Shown: in pieces, positions 37,513 to 51,410 of the stretch
Layout of the letters: every line of letters begins with the position of its first letter
Position numbering within the stretch: the stretch's first letter is position 1
Source: Octopus sinensis
Lineage: Eukaryota
Assembly: GCF_006345805.1 (NCBI RefSeq)
Contig: NC_043003.1
Location: 16,926,001-16,990,000 of the forward strand
DNA: 64,000 nucleotides
Direction: 5' to 3'
Made by a program: the position numbers and the translations under genes
Notes under the pieces: generated by a model
Databases searched by the model: none
Seen by the model: only the letters and a program-made list of their open reading frames with translations
Told to the model about the DNA's origin: nothing

Positions 37513-37795
37513 GGGTGAATGTAGCAAGGATGGCACATATGAATGACGAAGCCACCTTGAGAATGATCCTATGAACGATAAAAATTTAATACAGAGAGTT
37601 ACTTATTTAAAAAAAAATGTATCTATCTATCTATATCTATCTATCTATCTATCTATCTTTTTTTCCTTTTTTCCCTTTTACGATCCCTTTTGATCGAAAA
37701 CCTACGCCAATTTTTTTTTTCATCCCCCAAAATAAAAGCTATACCTTGTAATTTGCCCCATCTGTGTGCAGCCCTGTGTGGCCAATAAAGAAACT
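37335..37795 (+). mobile_element. Tx1/L1-like 3' fragments interleaved with (TATC)n
   Basis: Identical units at about 37335-37441 and 37513-37620 (WVNVARMAHMNDEATLRMIL*), then the AATAAAGAAA terminus at 37657-37795. Confidence 0.55.
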
Positions 37796-37998
37796 TATAT
37801 GCGTGTGTGTGCGTCATTGTAGCGATTTAAAAATTAGTTATGGAGTCGATTTGTATGACCAGACCCTTTCAAGTAAAAGATAAAAGCCATTTAAATTGAT
37901 AACTCATGAAATACAAACCTTCATTTTGCTCGAATTCAATAATTTGAAGAGAAAAAAGAGCATTTTTGACACTCTTTATGTGTCCGAAAGCTGATTTA

Positions 37999-38315
37999 CC
38001 GTATTTGATGGCCTATAAGATGTGCGAGTGAATAGGAGGCACCCAAGCCTAGGCTATACTTTTGTAAAATAAATTACCACTAAAATAATGCTTTAATTCC
38101 TCCACTTACCTGTATAACTTTGTTATTACCGGTAATTATAAGCAATTTATTGCATCCACATTCAATATAAACATACCGTAGGCGATTGTTCACCAATAGA
38201 TGGCAGCGCACGTTTTGTAAGCGTACATAGCGTTTTGAGCCTACATTGAGTGCATTGGAGGCAGGTGGGGTTTTAAAGGTATTTTTGAGTAAATAAAAAA
38301 GGCCATCAAATACGG
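37999..38315. mobile_element. Tc1/mariner-superfamily MITE (CCGTA-ended, Tc2/pogo-like)
   Basis: TA|CCGTATTTGATGGCCT ... AGGCCATCAAATACGG|TA. Confidence 0.8.
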
Positions 38316-38589
38316 TAAGTCAGTTTATAATAATTGATTTAATTGAAATTTTTTGGGAGAGTATTATTTAGTATTAGTTGTATTGCCTCGTTCTGTCTAG
38401 AAGAAAACACCTTATTAAAAGGTGTAAAGTTTTGAGAGTGGATCTTTCGATTTCCAGCTTAGAACCATTTCTACCGCCATGACGCATATACATTTTTGAG
38501 AAATCGACCATATTACATTTGTGCCGTGGTTTTGACAAAGATGTTCTTCAGAAAACGGTGAAGGTCACATTTTGCTTTTCCATACTAAC

Positions 38590-38590
38590 A

Positions 38591-38626
<36 letters not shown>

Positions 38627-38765
38627 GTCTGTACATATGTGTGTGTGTGTGTGCGTGTATACACATACATATATATATATAGACATACCCCCCACACACA
38701 CTCACACACACACATATATATATATATATTTATATCTTATGTATGTATATATGTATGCATGTATA

Positions 38766-38798
<33 letters not shown>

Positions 38799-38892
38799 CA
38801 TGCATACATATATACATACATGTGTATATGTATATATATATATATATATAGACATATATCCACATACATATATATTATATATGTATGTATGC

Positions 38893-38947
<55 letters not shown>

Positions 38948-38955
38948 ATATATAC

Positions 38956-39019
<64 letters not shown>

Positions 39020-39060
39020 ATATATATATATATGTATGTATATATGTATGTATATATGTA
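38590..39060. repeat. Compound (CA)/(TA)/(TATG) microsatellite
   Basis: Direct inspection. Confidence 0.95.
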
Positions 39061-39491
39061 AGTGCTTGTGTCTGGGGAGAATCGAGATTTAAGAAGAGAT
39101 AAGCCGAGTATAATTGGCTCAGCTAAAAGTTAGCATAAGATTCAGCCGAAAGTGGTTAAATTTAGCATTTAATTACATTTAAGAAATAACATTAGAAATA
39201 GGAAGGTTAATGGCAATGGCGAAGGGGGTCGAGACTCTGAAGATTATGGGATAGAGTTGCAGTTTGGTTGAGAACTAGTTAATTACTGGTGACCGTCGTA
39301 GGCTGAGAGATAGTGGAAAAATGGCAACCTTATTGCTGGAAGCCTAAAAGAGAAACGATGGTCGGGGTCTTCTTTTATTCACGGATCGTATTTGGGGAGC
39401 AAAAATGGGGGACAATGTTCAGAAAGGGATCGAAGGGTGAGTTAAAATAAATATAACTGGTCTTGCAGAGGTGATTAGAATTAAATGTTTA

Positions 39492-39970
<479 letters not shown>

Positions 39971-40274
39971 ATCTATGGCACATAGTGAGTAACTTTACAT
40001 AGTAAAAACCGCTGCAGTACTGATAAAAGAGTGAAAGCAAAGACATAACGTCTCAGTAAGCGAGCTGTGGAAACCGTTTGATGAGTTTATTAAGTGTTGT
40101 CTTTTAAGTGTTACCTTTTTTAAGCGGTTCACAATATAGCGTTATGAGTCCACCGTTAATGATATGTGAGCAGCTAGTATTTATGCATGCATAATTAAAC
40201 TCTTAACTCCGAACTATTATTTGACGTTGAAAAGTTTGACGGGTGTATTTTTTTTCTTTTGTAATTCATCATAC

Positions 40275-40676
40275 CCTTTTTACTCTTTTACTTGTTTCAG
40301 TCATTTGACTGCGGCCATGCTGGAGCACCGCCTTTAGTCGAGCAAATCGACCCCGGAACTTATTCTTTGTAAGCCCAGTACTTATTCTATCGGTCTCTTT
40401 TTGCCGAACCGCTAAGTGACGTAAACACACCAGCATCGGTTGTCAAGCAATGCTAGGGGGACAAACACGGACACACAAGCACACACACACACACATATAT
40501 ATATGTATACATATATACGACAGGCTTCTTTCAGTTTCCGTCTACCAAATCTACTCACAAGGCATTGGTCGGCCCGGGGCTATAGCAGAAGGCACTTGCC
40601 CAAGATGCCACGCAGTGGGACTGAACCCGGAACCATGTGGTTCATAAGCAAGCTACTTACCACACAGCCACTCCTA
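40275..40676 (-). mobile_element. SINE-A
   Basis: Full length. Confidence 0.9.
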
Positions 40677-41114
40677 CATTATGTTTATTTATTTTAAGTA
40701 AAATCCCCAGTCTTTCGGATATTATGTGGTTTAAAAAAATCCAAACTATATTTAGGAATATTGGCTGTTCGAAACATTATTTGACAACTGTATGATTGTA
40801 TGTGTTATCTGAAAAGCGTTGGTTTTTTTTTTAATCATGTGTTACTTGTGAACAGTGAAACTGTGCCGTTGTGGGTCTCTTCTCATGAGACGTTAAGTTA
40901 TTAGGCTATTTAATGAAATTAGGTTGTCGAAATCCTTTTGCAAGGGAGTTTTTCACGTCTATTTTCATGAATGACATGCATACTTAGCAGGAAGTGTTAG
41001 TTGAAAATGAGAATGGGGGTCTGGAAACGGCCATGGAGTGCGGAATGTAGATTAATATCAAATGTGTAGGAGTGTGTGTGATTAGAAGTGACAGCGAGAG
41101 GTTAAAAGGATAGA

Positions 41115-41335
<221 letters not shown>

Positions 41336-43220
41336 TAAAAGTCCGCGCACATGTTTACACTAATCTGGATGTATTCATATATACATTTTCTATAAACATC
41401 CAACGCACACATAAACGCATATACACGCACATACACGCTCAAATAGTCATGTTTATCAGAGGAAATTGGCTAATGCCGGTAGGTATAGCTTTTAGCTTCA
41501 AGTGTAAAAAAGTAAACCTAAATGTGGAATTTCATTCCAAAACCAGCCAAGGATTAGGGGAAAGACCTGCATATATCCGACAAGGAAAATTTGGCAACAT
41601 TTCAGAAACACCATATTATCACTTGGCATTTTCCAGTAGACGCCCTTATTCCTCAGAGTCATAATTACTAAATATGTCGTAGTATATTTGCTGCTTTTCT
41701 AAGCTGTTTTAACAAGATCGTTGCTTAAAATGATAGTTGATTTTTTTTTGTTTTCGGAAAACGAAATTTTAGTCTAATTCAATTGTTGAGCAGCAGTCTT
41801 TTGTTCTTAATTGGGTTTGTTTATCAATTAATGAACTGCGGCACGGGGCCAACAAATCTCTCTTTCTTTTTGCTCTTGATGCCAACGTTCTATGTCAGGC
41901 AATATGAAGATGTTTTTGAGAATTCAAGTCTAAATATGAAAATTTCCACTCTGTCTTTCGTCCTTTCTCTCTCGTCACTCTCTCTCCTAATCTCTCCTCT
42001 CTCTTTCCCTTTCGTTTGCTCTGCCTCTCTCGAGTCAATTAAAACTTGATATATTTACATCTCGGAAACCACGCTGCATCTGTCAGAATATATCTGTTGG
42101 TAAAATAAAGACGGAAAGTAAAATATAAAACCACAGTGTTTATCATGGCTTTTCTTCAACATTTCAGTAACTGGTAGACTTCCCATGATATTATGACAAC
42201 AGAAGTCCTATCAGATAAAAAATAAAAAGAAAATACCCGAACACGAGCTAGTTTCGTTCGAATGGATTTATTACTGTTTAAACAGCTTAAGATCAGTTAT
42301 TTACTTTCTGTCATTTCGACCAAACCAAATATCCTCCGAAATTATTTGATTAGCGTAAAAGATAAACCGCTGCCAATTCGACTCTATATGCAAATATAAT
42401 TTCTGACCCAAGTGGAAATCATTTCATTTCGCATTTCTCATAGTTAATACGCTTTGGAAAGGAACGATGGTTGCAACATCCCACTGCAGCAATCATTTGC
42501 TTTGTACAAGAAGTTGCATATTTGCCGACGAAGCGAAATCTCATAATACACCTACATTGCGTTGTGCTGTTTCATGGACAAGAAAATAAAATAATTTCCT
42601 TCGGATTTAATATTACCTTGTTTGAAGCACCAGCTCCTCTGAAGCACAAAGATAGCCAAAGTTTTTCTTACCGACTGAATTCATTGCACTTTGCTTTTGT
42701 AGCAAATAATGTCCTAAGAAACGGTATTAACGGCACACCTGTGAATATTTCTAAAATTACATGTTTTATGCTTGTATAATGGCTTCTGATTTTTGGCACA
42801 TTATACAATAATGGCGTAGTCAATTCATATCCAATGCAGCTAGCTGTCTCTTGTGAACGATTATGACTTAGTAACCTTGTTTTAGGTACCTATGTGAACA
42901 GATATAGACACTCTTTCGTTTTCCTCATCATTGACCCATCAGAACATCCAGGATGCGATATACAGAGGTGCAGAAAGAGAGAGAGATGGAGGTGCAGAGA
43001 GAGAGAAAGAGAGGGAGAGAGAGGTAGAGAGAGGAGAGAGAGAACCTCTAACATCCAAGGTGGTACTCATTTACAGCTAAGTAAACGGGAACAACGTTAA
43101 ATGAAAGGAGTTGCTCAAGGATGCAATAAGCCACCCGGTTCAAAAACTGAACTCACAACCTTCTGAGCGTGAGCCAAATACCGCTAACTACTAGGCCATG
43201 CGCATTTATTTCACTCATAT

Positions 43221-43360
43221 ATCATCATCATGATCATCATCCTCATCGTCATCATCATCATCGTTTAACGTCCGTTTTCCGTGCTAGTACGGGTTGGACG
43301 GTTCGACCGGGGTCTGGGAAGCCAGGAGGCTGCACCAGGCTCCAGTCTGATCTGGCAGTG
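43221..43360 (-). mobile_element. SINE-F / LINE 3' end with (GAT)n tail
   Basis: Reverse-strand homolog of 17450-17733. Confidence 0.7.
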
Positions 43361-43365
43361 TTATA

Positions 43366-43397
<32 letters not shown>

Positions 43398-43408
43398 CAT
43401 ACACATAT

Positions 43409-43460
<52 letters not shown>

Positions 43461-43827
43461 GCATATATATGTACCAGGTCAATTTTGATTGAACAAATCA
43501 ATAACCAAAGGCTAGGTAGCCCAAATCATCTTTAATTAAATAAGGTGTCTAAAGCTTGAGACAGATTTGACTTCTATTCATAGCAGATCGACTTACAACG
43601 TAGATGCTTCCTTGCTGGTTCGTATAATATAATGCCTGAGAGGTTCTAGGAGTTCAAATGACGATCAGATTTGTCACGATTTTCACACATTTTCAGTTTA
43701 CCAGACACGAAAGTAAAGCTACATAGCTTTGCGAATCATTAAAACTCATACATACTTGCATATATATATATATATATATATATATACTATATATATATAT
43801 ATGTATACCAACGTAGAGAACATTATA

Positions 43828-44393
43828 TTGTGTTGTCCGGAAAGTTCGTGCCGATATTTAAAGGAATGAAAAAGGTCAATAAATACTTGACATTACATTT
43901 TTAATCAACCAAATATGAACCATTTTGTTGCACAATGCGTCTCCATCTTTCCTTTAACTTGAAAATACTCTCTTCCCAGAATTGAGGTGGTTTTATGGCA
44001 AAGACCTCATCAATGTATCTTTTTACGTCATCCAAGGAATTGAAATTTTTACCATTAAGACTATTCTGCAGAGACCTGAATAAGTGGAAATCCGAAGGAG
44101 CAATATCTGGTGAATATGAAGGGTGGGTAACACATCCCAGCCGAGCTGCAGCAATTTTTGTCTGGTTCCCAAAGCATCTAGTGCCGAGAATGGAACTTTC
44201 TTATCTTCCATTTTAAAGGGTTACAGAATTAACACAAGTTATAGCAACATAAATCTTCTTCCACGAAAAGACAGCTTAAACTGTGATCTAAATGGAGGTG
44301 TAATCAAATCCTATTTCATGGCCTCAACCATGTTGTAAAATAAGTCAAAAGTTAAGCTACTATAAATCGGCACAAACTTTCCGGACAACCCAA
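43828..44393 (-). mobile_element. Mariner (DD34D) internal-deletion derivative, copy 1
   Basis: TIRs TTG(G/T)GTTGTCCGGAAAGTTCGTGCCGAT with TA TSD. Minus-strand MEDKKV... fused to LGWDVL... Confidence 0.9.
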
Positions 44394-45027
44394 TATAATA
44401 TTTTAGGCAGAAAGATCGTGTATTAGAAAATCTCAGATAAACTAAATGCTGTCACACCACAGTCAACACCCAAGCTGTGGAAAGTAAACATGTAAATACG
44501 TTATGTTATTCTAATTGCATACAGAAAAATAAAGGAGATGACCCTGACAGGCTTCGTGGATTAATTATTCACAAGAAGATAAGTGCAACTTAATCTCCAG
44601 CCTATGCAGAGAACTGATAGCAATCGTTATTTAAATCAAATACACAACCGAACCTAGCCGTCATGGCGACAATAATTTGCATATGGTGCATTAATTGGCG
44701 GTGTGATTAAATAATTAATAAATATTTTATGCACAAGCAGCATATATTAGAAAATCCAAGATAAAATTTATGTAATTGGATGTTTTTAATGCCTTGCTTT
44801 GGAAGATGAAACTATATTTTGTTACTCGCTCAGCATATAGAAGAATAAAGGAGATTATTTCTACATGTTTCATGGATGATTGACTACAGATAATTAGATC
44901 CCCACATTCTTCTGCCAATATGAAAACATACGACAATCACTATTTAAATTAAGCACGAGCTGAAATAGCTAGGAGGATTTGGGTAGTTTATATATATGTG
45001 TGTGAGTGCATAAAAAAATACAGACAC

Positions 45028-45080
<53 letters not shown>

Positions 45081-45178
45081 TGTGTGTATTTTTCCCTTGT
45101 TAACAATTAACACAGAAAAAATAGATAAATAGTTACCAGGGTAGCAAAAAATCACACAAGTAAAGAGGTTGTAACTCC

Positions 45179-45721
45179 TTGTTTTTAAAGGTAGAAACTT
45201 CGAGTTTACCGGAAATTTTTTGTATAATATATAAATAAATAAATGGAGTTTAACGCAGATGTAATTCAAATACTTTTACTTCCGACACATGTTTCGAAGA
45301 TATCACTGATATTATTCCAAACGAATAAAATGGTGTAAAACAATGTAATCTTCTCTTCAGGGAAGTGAAGAAATGAAACTCGTCAATGAGACATTTTAAC
45401 AGAAAATGAGGGATATGTATAGTGAACGCTATTAATATAACGTTTTTTTCAAACAATATTAATAGCGTTCAGTAAATCACTATACATATCCATCATTTTC
45501 TGTTAAAATGTCTCATTGACGAGTTTCATTTCTCACTTCCCTGAAGAGAAGATTACATTGTTTCACACCATTTATTCCTTTGAAATAATATCAGTGATAT
45601 CTTCGAAACATGTGTCGGAAGTAAAAGTATTTGAATTACACATGCATTAAACTCCATTTATATATTTATATATTACACAAAAAATTTCACGTAAACCCGA
45701 AGTTTCTACCTTTAAAAACAA
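45179..45721. repeat. Fold-back element: about 260 bp inverted arms, 17-nt loop
   Basis: 45179-45438 is an imperfect reverse complement of 45456-45721. Confidence 0.9.
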
Positions 45722-46482
45722 TATATATATATGCTTATTTTTGTGTATACGTGTGTACATATACACATAAATTGTATTCAGATATTGATCTTTCTAACGA
45801 ACGAAGAAGACAGAACACAATGTACTTCGTAGAATATATGGTTTATTATAAACGTTACCTCCCTTCTCGAGGCGCGAGTTTTATGATTATCAGACGAAAA
45901 CATACGGACACATGCTCAGACACCCACACATAAACAAACACACACACATACACGCACAGACATAGACCGGCTTGAGGATTATCGTAAGTCAGCTTGTGTT
46001 TGGTATTTCGAAACACAATCTGGAAAAATGGAGGAATGGGAACTTAATATTGTTTACAATTTTTCAAAGGTATTAGTAATAAAAGTAAATGTGAGTCTAA
46101 ACAAGGGATTTGTGATCAAGAAGAGAGTCTCTTTCATCGCATCCCGATTCTCGTAACCAGATACTGAAATGTAACTACCATCAGTTATATTTGTTTATCT
46201 GGCTGAGTTCAGAAACAACGTTTTATGTATACATGTATGTAAAGGTGTACATCTTTGTAAATGTACAGTTGTTTATGAGTACAGTTGATTTGTATCTCTG
46301 TGCCTTGTCCATACCGAAATGAATACTTATATCCACACGAAATAATAACTATACAAAGATTTATGTATGTATGTATGTATGTATGTATGTATGTATGTAT
46401 GTATGTATGTATGTATGTATGTATGTATGTATGTATGTATCTATCTATCTATCTATCTATACACATATACGTATTGATGTGT

Positions 46483-46529
<47 letters not shown>

Positions 46530-46531
<2 letters not shown>

Positions 46532-47005
46532 GGCGGTGAGCTGACAGGAACGTTAGCACGCCAGGCGAAATGCTTAGAGGTACTTCGTATGTCTTAAGAG
46601 AAAGAAGGCGGTGAGCTGAGAGAAACGTTAGCACGCCGGGCGAAATGCTTAGCGGTAATTTGTCTGCCGCTACGTTGTGAGTTCAAATTCCGCCGAGGTC
46701 GACTTTGCCTTTCATCCTTTCGGGGTCGATTAAATAAGTACCAGTTACGCACTGGGGTCGATATAATCGACTTAATCCATTTGTCTGTCCTTGTTTGTCC
46801 TCTCTGTGTTTAGCCCCTTGTGGGTAGTAAAGAAATAGGTATTTCGCCCGTCACTACGTTCTGAGTTCAAAATCCGTCGAGGTCAACTTTGCCATTCATC
46901 CGTTCGGGGTCGATAAAATAAGTATCAGTTGAACACTGGTGTCGATGTAATCGACTTAATCCCCTCCCCACAAGCTGCCCCTGTGGCAAGGATTTGAAAT
47001 CATTG
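46530..47005 (+). mobile_element. Truncated SINE-B head plus SINE-B dimer with alternative (ATT)n tail
   Basis: Heads start at 46530 and 46605, junction near 46838, tail GATTTGAAATCATTG(TTA)n. Confidence 0.85.
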
Positions 47006-47057
47006 TTATTATTATTATTATTATTATTATATTATTATTATTATTATTATTATTATT

Positions 47058-47615
47058 GAGTGGGAGAGCAGTGCATGCCATCAAAGTGAAACTGGGGTAA
47101 AATATACGAAGCCTAGTATACCCATCATGACTACCCGCCTGATAAGGGTACACCAGACACATGCATCACAACTATATGTGCGGGACATGGTGATCTCATA
47201 TCAAGATAAAAAACACACGACCTTGCAGGTGGGGCCCAGTTAGAGTTTTCTTCTGGTCGAGTAACACATCCCGCTCAAAAGGTCCCTGAATAAGGATTGT
47301 TTAAGGATGTTGAACGAAACACCCATGTTTCCAGAGGTGAATTATTCAAACCCCAAAGAATTCCTCTCAACACATGGCTATGATGCTCCCCCACTACTTC
47401 TGCTCGTGATCAGAGATGCACATATCGCCAGCCACTAAGGGACATGCTCAACTGGTTAAGGTCAAACAACTGACAAGCAAATCTGTGGTATTGAGCAGAA
47501 TATTTGTTGTAGCCCATCTTTTATACCAAGACAAAACAATGTACATGGTAACACTTCCAATCAGTTAAGATCAGAAGCCATGGGAGACACTGCCTGGTAC
47601 TGCATCAGGGCATTT
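47058..47615 (-). mobile_element. (AAT)n-flanked retroelement fragment, copy 3 (longer 5' extent)
   Basis: Homologous to 1217-1683, about 90 bp longer, with trinucleotide arrays on both sides. Confidence 0.7.
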
Positions 47616-47635
47616 ATTATTATTATTATTATTAT

Positions 47636-47960
<325 letters not shown>

Positions 47961-47982
47961 TTATTATTATTATTATTATTAC

Positions 47983-48013
<31 letters not shown>

Positions 48014-48266
48014 ATTGTTGTTGTTGTTATTGCACTCATTATTGTTATTATAAAAAGCTTCCCAGGGTTTCTTGGCCAAAATATCAATTCATTTTGCCAT
48101 TTACCAAGCTGGTAAAAACAACAAGGTGGTTTAGCAACTGTGTTCGATGCAATCTACGTTTGAATGAGCTCGTGCATCTACAAAAACACGGAGAGAAACA
48201 CAAGGGAGATAATTAACTTCACACTAAATATAACCACGCAGTATGTGTCTGTGTGTATGTGTGTGG

Positions 48267-48305
<39 letters not shown>

Positions 48306-48559
48306 ATATATATATACATACGTTATATATAATAGAAGCATGTTAAATTACAATAGCCATCTGCGTATTATATTTAATGCAGATACATTGCGAAAGGCAA
48401 ATTAACTGTGCTGTTCGTCAGGGAAATAGTATTCCTATTGGGGTTTTATGTTCAAAAGCTGAAAATATATCAGCGGCAGGGAAAATCATTCAGCAGCGTC
48501 GATGAGAATGCCAGGTGCATTTTTATTTGTCTCGTTGGTTTTGTCATTACTATATACCT

Positions 48560-49585
48560 GTTGCCAGCCATTCGGAAACTATAAAAACACCGCACTTCAT
48601 CAAACAGGCTCGAAATATTGGGTTGTCCGGAAAGTTCGTGCCGATTTTTAAAGGAAAGAAAAGGTCAATGAATACTTGCCATTACATTTTTAATCAACCA
48701 AATATGAACCATTTTGTTGTACATCTTTCCTTTCACTTGAAAATACCCTCTTCCCATAATTGAACTGGTTTCATAGCAAAGAATTCATCAAGGTATCTTT
48801 TATGTCAACCAAGGAATTGAAATTTTTACCATTAAGACTATTCTGCAGAGACCTGAATAAGTGGAAATCTGGTGAATATGGAGGGTGGGGTAACACATCC
48901 CAGCCGATCTGCAGCAATTTTTGTCTGGTTCCCAAAGCCTCTAGTGCCCAAAATGAATTTTTTCATCTTCCATTTTAAAGGGTTACAGAATTAACACAGG
49001 TTATAGGAACATAAATCTTCTTCCACGAAAAGATAGCTTAAACTGTGCTGTAAATGGAGGTGTAGTGAAATCCTATTTTATGGACTGAACCATGTTCTAA
49101 AATAAGTTGAAAGTTAAGCTACTATAAAGCGGCATGAACTTTCCGGACAACCCAATAATTATCAATGATGAACCCAGAAAATCAATGATGGTATTCACCA
49201 AAGAACTTCAGGTAACTGATTGGACTTTCAGAACTGTGGTTCACGGGGGTTCTCGATTCTGGACGTATGTAATTAGGAACGGCTAATTCTTTTCTGCAAT
49301 GATATAGAAGAATCGCTTGATCCATGAGAGGTGGGCGATTAAGAAAATTAAAACCCATCATAAATATGGCTTAGTTTGGTTCTTCTCTGATGAGAAAAAC
49401 TTCAACGAACACCAAAAGTCTAACAGGAGAAATAATAGTTAGTTCTGTACAGCTACATCTGGTGTTTCCAGGGTAATGCGCAATAAGTTTGCAGCAGCTG
49501 TGATGGCTTTAGCTGTGATGGTGAGTAGCGTCATATCTTTCCACGAGGTCTTAGAATTAATGTTGCCGGATACATTGAGGTATAG
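48560..49585 (+). pseudogene. Fossil DD37D/maT-like transposase interrupted by a mariner derivative
   Basis: HSETIKTPHFIKQARN [insertion] IINDEPRKSM...LVWFFSDEKNFNEHQKSNRRN...KFAAAVMALAV, frameshift, HIFPRGLRINVAGYIEV. Three in-frame stops in the long segment. Confidence 0.7.
48618..49155 (-). mobile_element. Mariner internal-deletion derivative, copy 2 (nested)
   Basis: TA|TTGGGTTGTCCGGAAAGTTCGTGCCGATTT ... CTTTCCGGACAACCCAA|TA. Confidence 0.9.
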
Positions 49586-49856
49586 CTGAAGTACACACAT
49601 AGTTATAAGTCTCTACTGTCCCCACACCCACTCACACCAACCCACACGTGTACGCACACACACATACACATACACGCACAAAATAATAAAGGTGGCTAGA
49701 GACACTTCAAAACCAAAAAGGAAATAATTTACAGTTACTAAAATGTAGCGAAGAGCGCAAGGAGCTCCACCGTTGCAAGAAATAAGGGTCAAAGAACACT
49801 TTAGGTACAGAGGCACATGTTCTCTTTACTGACAGGGGAGACAACTGTCCAACCGC

Positions 49857-49891
<35 letters not shown>

Positions 49892-50721
49892 TCGGATCGA
49901 CGCATGCCTTGAAACTGAAGCTAGATAGAAATTATGGAAGCCCGCCAGATAAACTTTACTACTTGTAAATCAAAAGGTCAACCTTATCTCATAGTCTCAT
50001 GCTGATCTTACATGGGGATTACGCTAAGAGTATACAAGTGCATATAGATTGCCGAACCACTTACACTGTAATTCGCAGTTCTGTCGATCGAATGGCTGGA
50101 ATACTCATCGCCGAAAGCGATGAAGACCCTTCAATTCATTTTATGTAAATAGGTATCGTGTGTGCAGGTGCCTGAGTGTGTCTGCTTTTCCCTCTTGAGA
50201 TGCTTCTAGAGATACGAGAGATGTTAAGCCTCCATCTGTGTAGGTTTATGTAAATACGTGTTTATAGAAATTAAAGATCTTTCGATGGCTCTCGCAGATT
50301 TCATAGCAATTGCGTTGGCAAATATTAGCCAGGTTTGGCAAATTGTCAGACATTGGCAACCAGTCATGCATCAAACTTCCAAAGTTTGGCAGCTAATCGT
50401 GTCAAGTTTACCTGGATTAAAAGCAGGAAAAAACATTAAAGAAAGAAATACGTGTATTTAAAAAAAAAAAGATTATAATTGCCTTTTTATGTATGGAAAC
50501 TATAAAGATGTTCCTTGTCAGTGCAAACTTTCAGTTATAGTAATTTGAATTCCGACTGACCAGATTTTATTCCGAAATTCCAAAATTTTGAAACTCAATT
50601 TTGAATTCAACTTGAAATATCATTCACTAACGAGGACTGGTGGGTACTTAGTACTGAATCTACTGTATGTACATATAGACACACATCAATCTTACACACA
50701 CACACATATATATATATATAT

Positions 50722-51035
50722 ATCACCATGATCACCGTGACCGACCAGGATATCAGATGTTGCTACACATCGCTGGTCACAATGCGCTTCGCATTGTTTT
50801 AGCCTTCAAATGACGCCACTCCGCTGGCTAAGCGAGTAGGCCAACAGAAGAAAGAGTGAGAGAAAGTTGTGGCGGCGAAAGAGTACAGCAGGGATCGCCA
50901 CCACCCCCTGCCGGAGCGTCGGGGAGCTTTTGGGTGTTTTCACTCAATAAACACTCACAACGCCCGGTCTGGGAATCGAAACTGCGATCCCACGACTGCG
51001 AGTCCGCTGCCCTAACCACAGGGCCATTGCGCCTC

Positions 51036-51038
<3 letters not shown>
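50722..51038 (-). mobile_element. SINE: C-type head with a third tail type
   Basis: Head and body match 36597-36979. Tail at 50722-50840 is unrelated and ends CGGTGATCATGGTGAT. Confidence 0.8.
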
Positions 51039-51068
<30 letters not shown>

Positions 51069-51074
51069 GTATAG

Positions 51075-51410
51075 TGGCTGCTTTCTCGTATATGAGCAAA
51101 ACCAACCATTGCTAGAACGAATCATTGAAATGAGTTATTGATAATGCAATATGAGGCCCTTATGTAACTGTTGAGCCCTGCTAAAGATTTGCACATTTTA
51201 TTGCATAATGCACAGTTGTGTTTCCTGGCAGAACGAACCGGTGCTACAGTATGAAGTCTTTTAACATGTCTTTTTAATCCTCCATCTGAACAGCACACCA
51301 TTCCGTAGGTTGCACATAGATAGTACATATATAAGTCGATACCCAATCCAACATAAACTGCAGATCCAGCCCAGAAGACAACAGGTGGGGTTCACAATTC
51401 ACAACAACTG
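51075..51410 (-). pseudogene. Degenerate C2H2-like zinc-finger segment, probably an RTE-type LINE 3' end
   Basis: ORF 51122-51346 includes CCSDGGLKRHVKRLH and CALCNKMCKSLAGLNSYIR. Confidence 0.45.

Noticed and set aside
42675-42760. Possible minus-strand exon (IFTGVPLIPFLRTLFATKAKCNEFS, donor CG|GTAAGA)
   Set aside because: Weak acceptor, no recognisable domain and no partner exons; expected by chance in 64 kb. RNA-seq would settle it.
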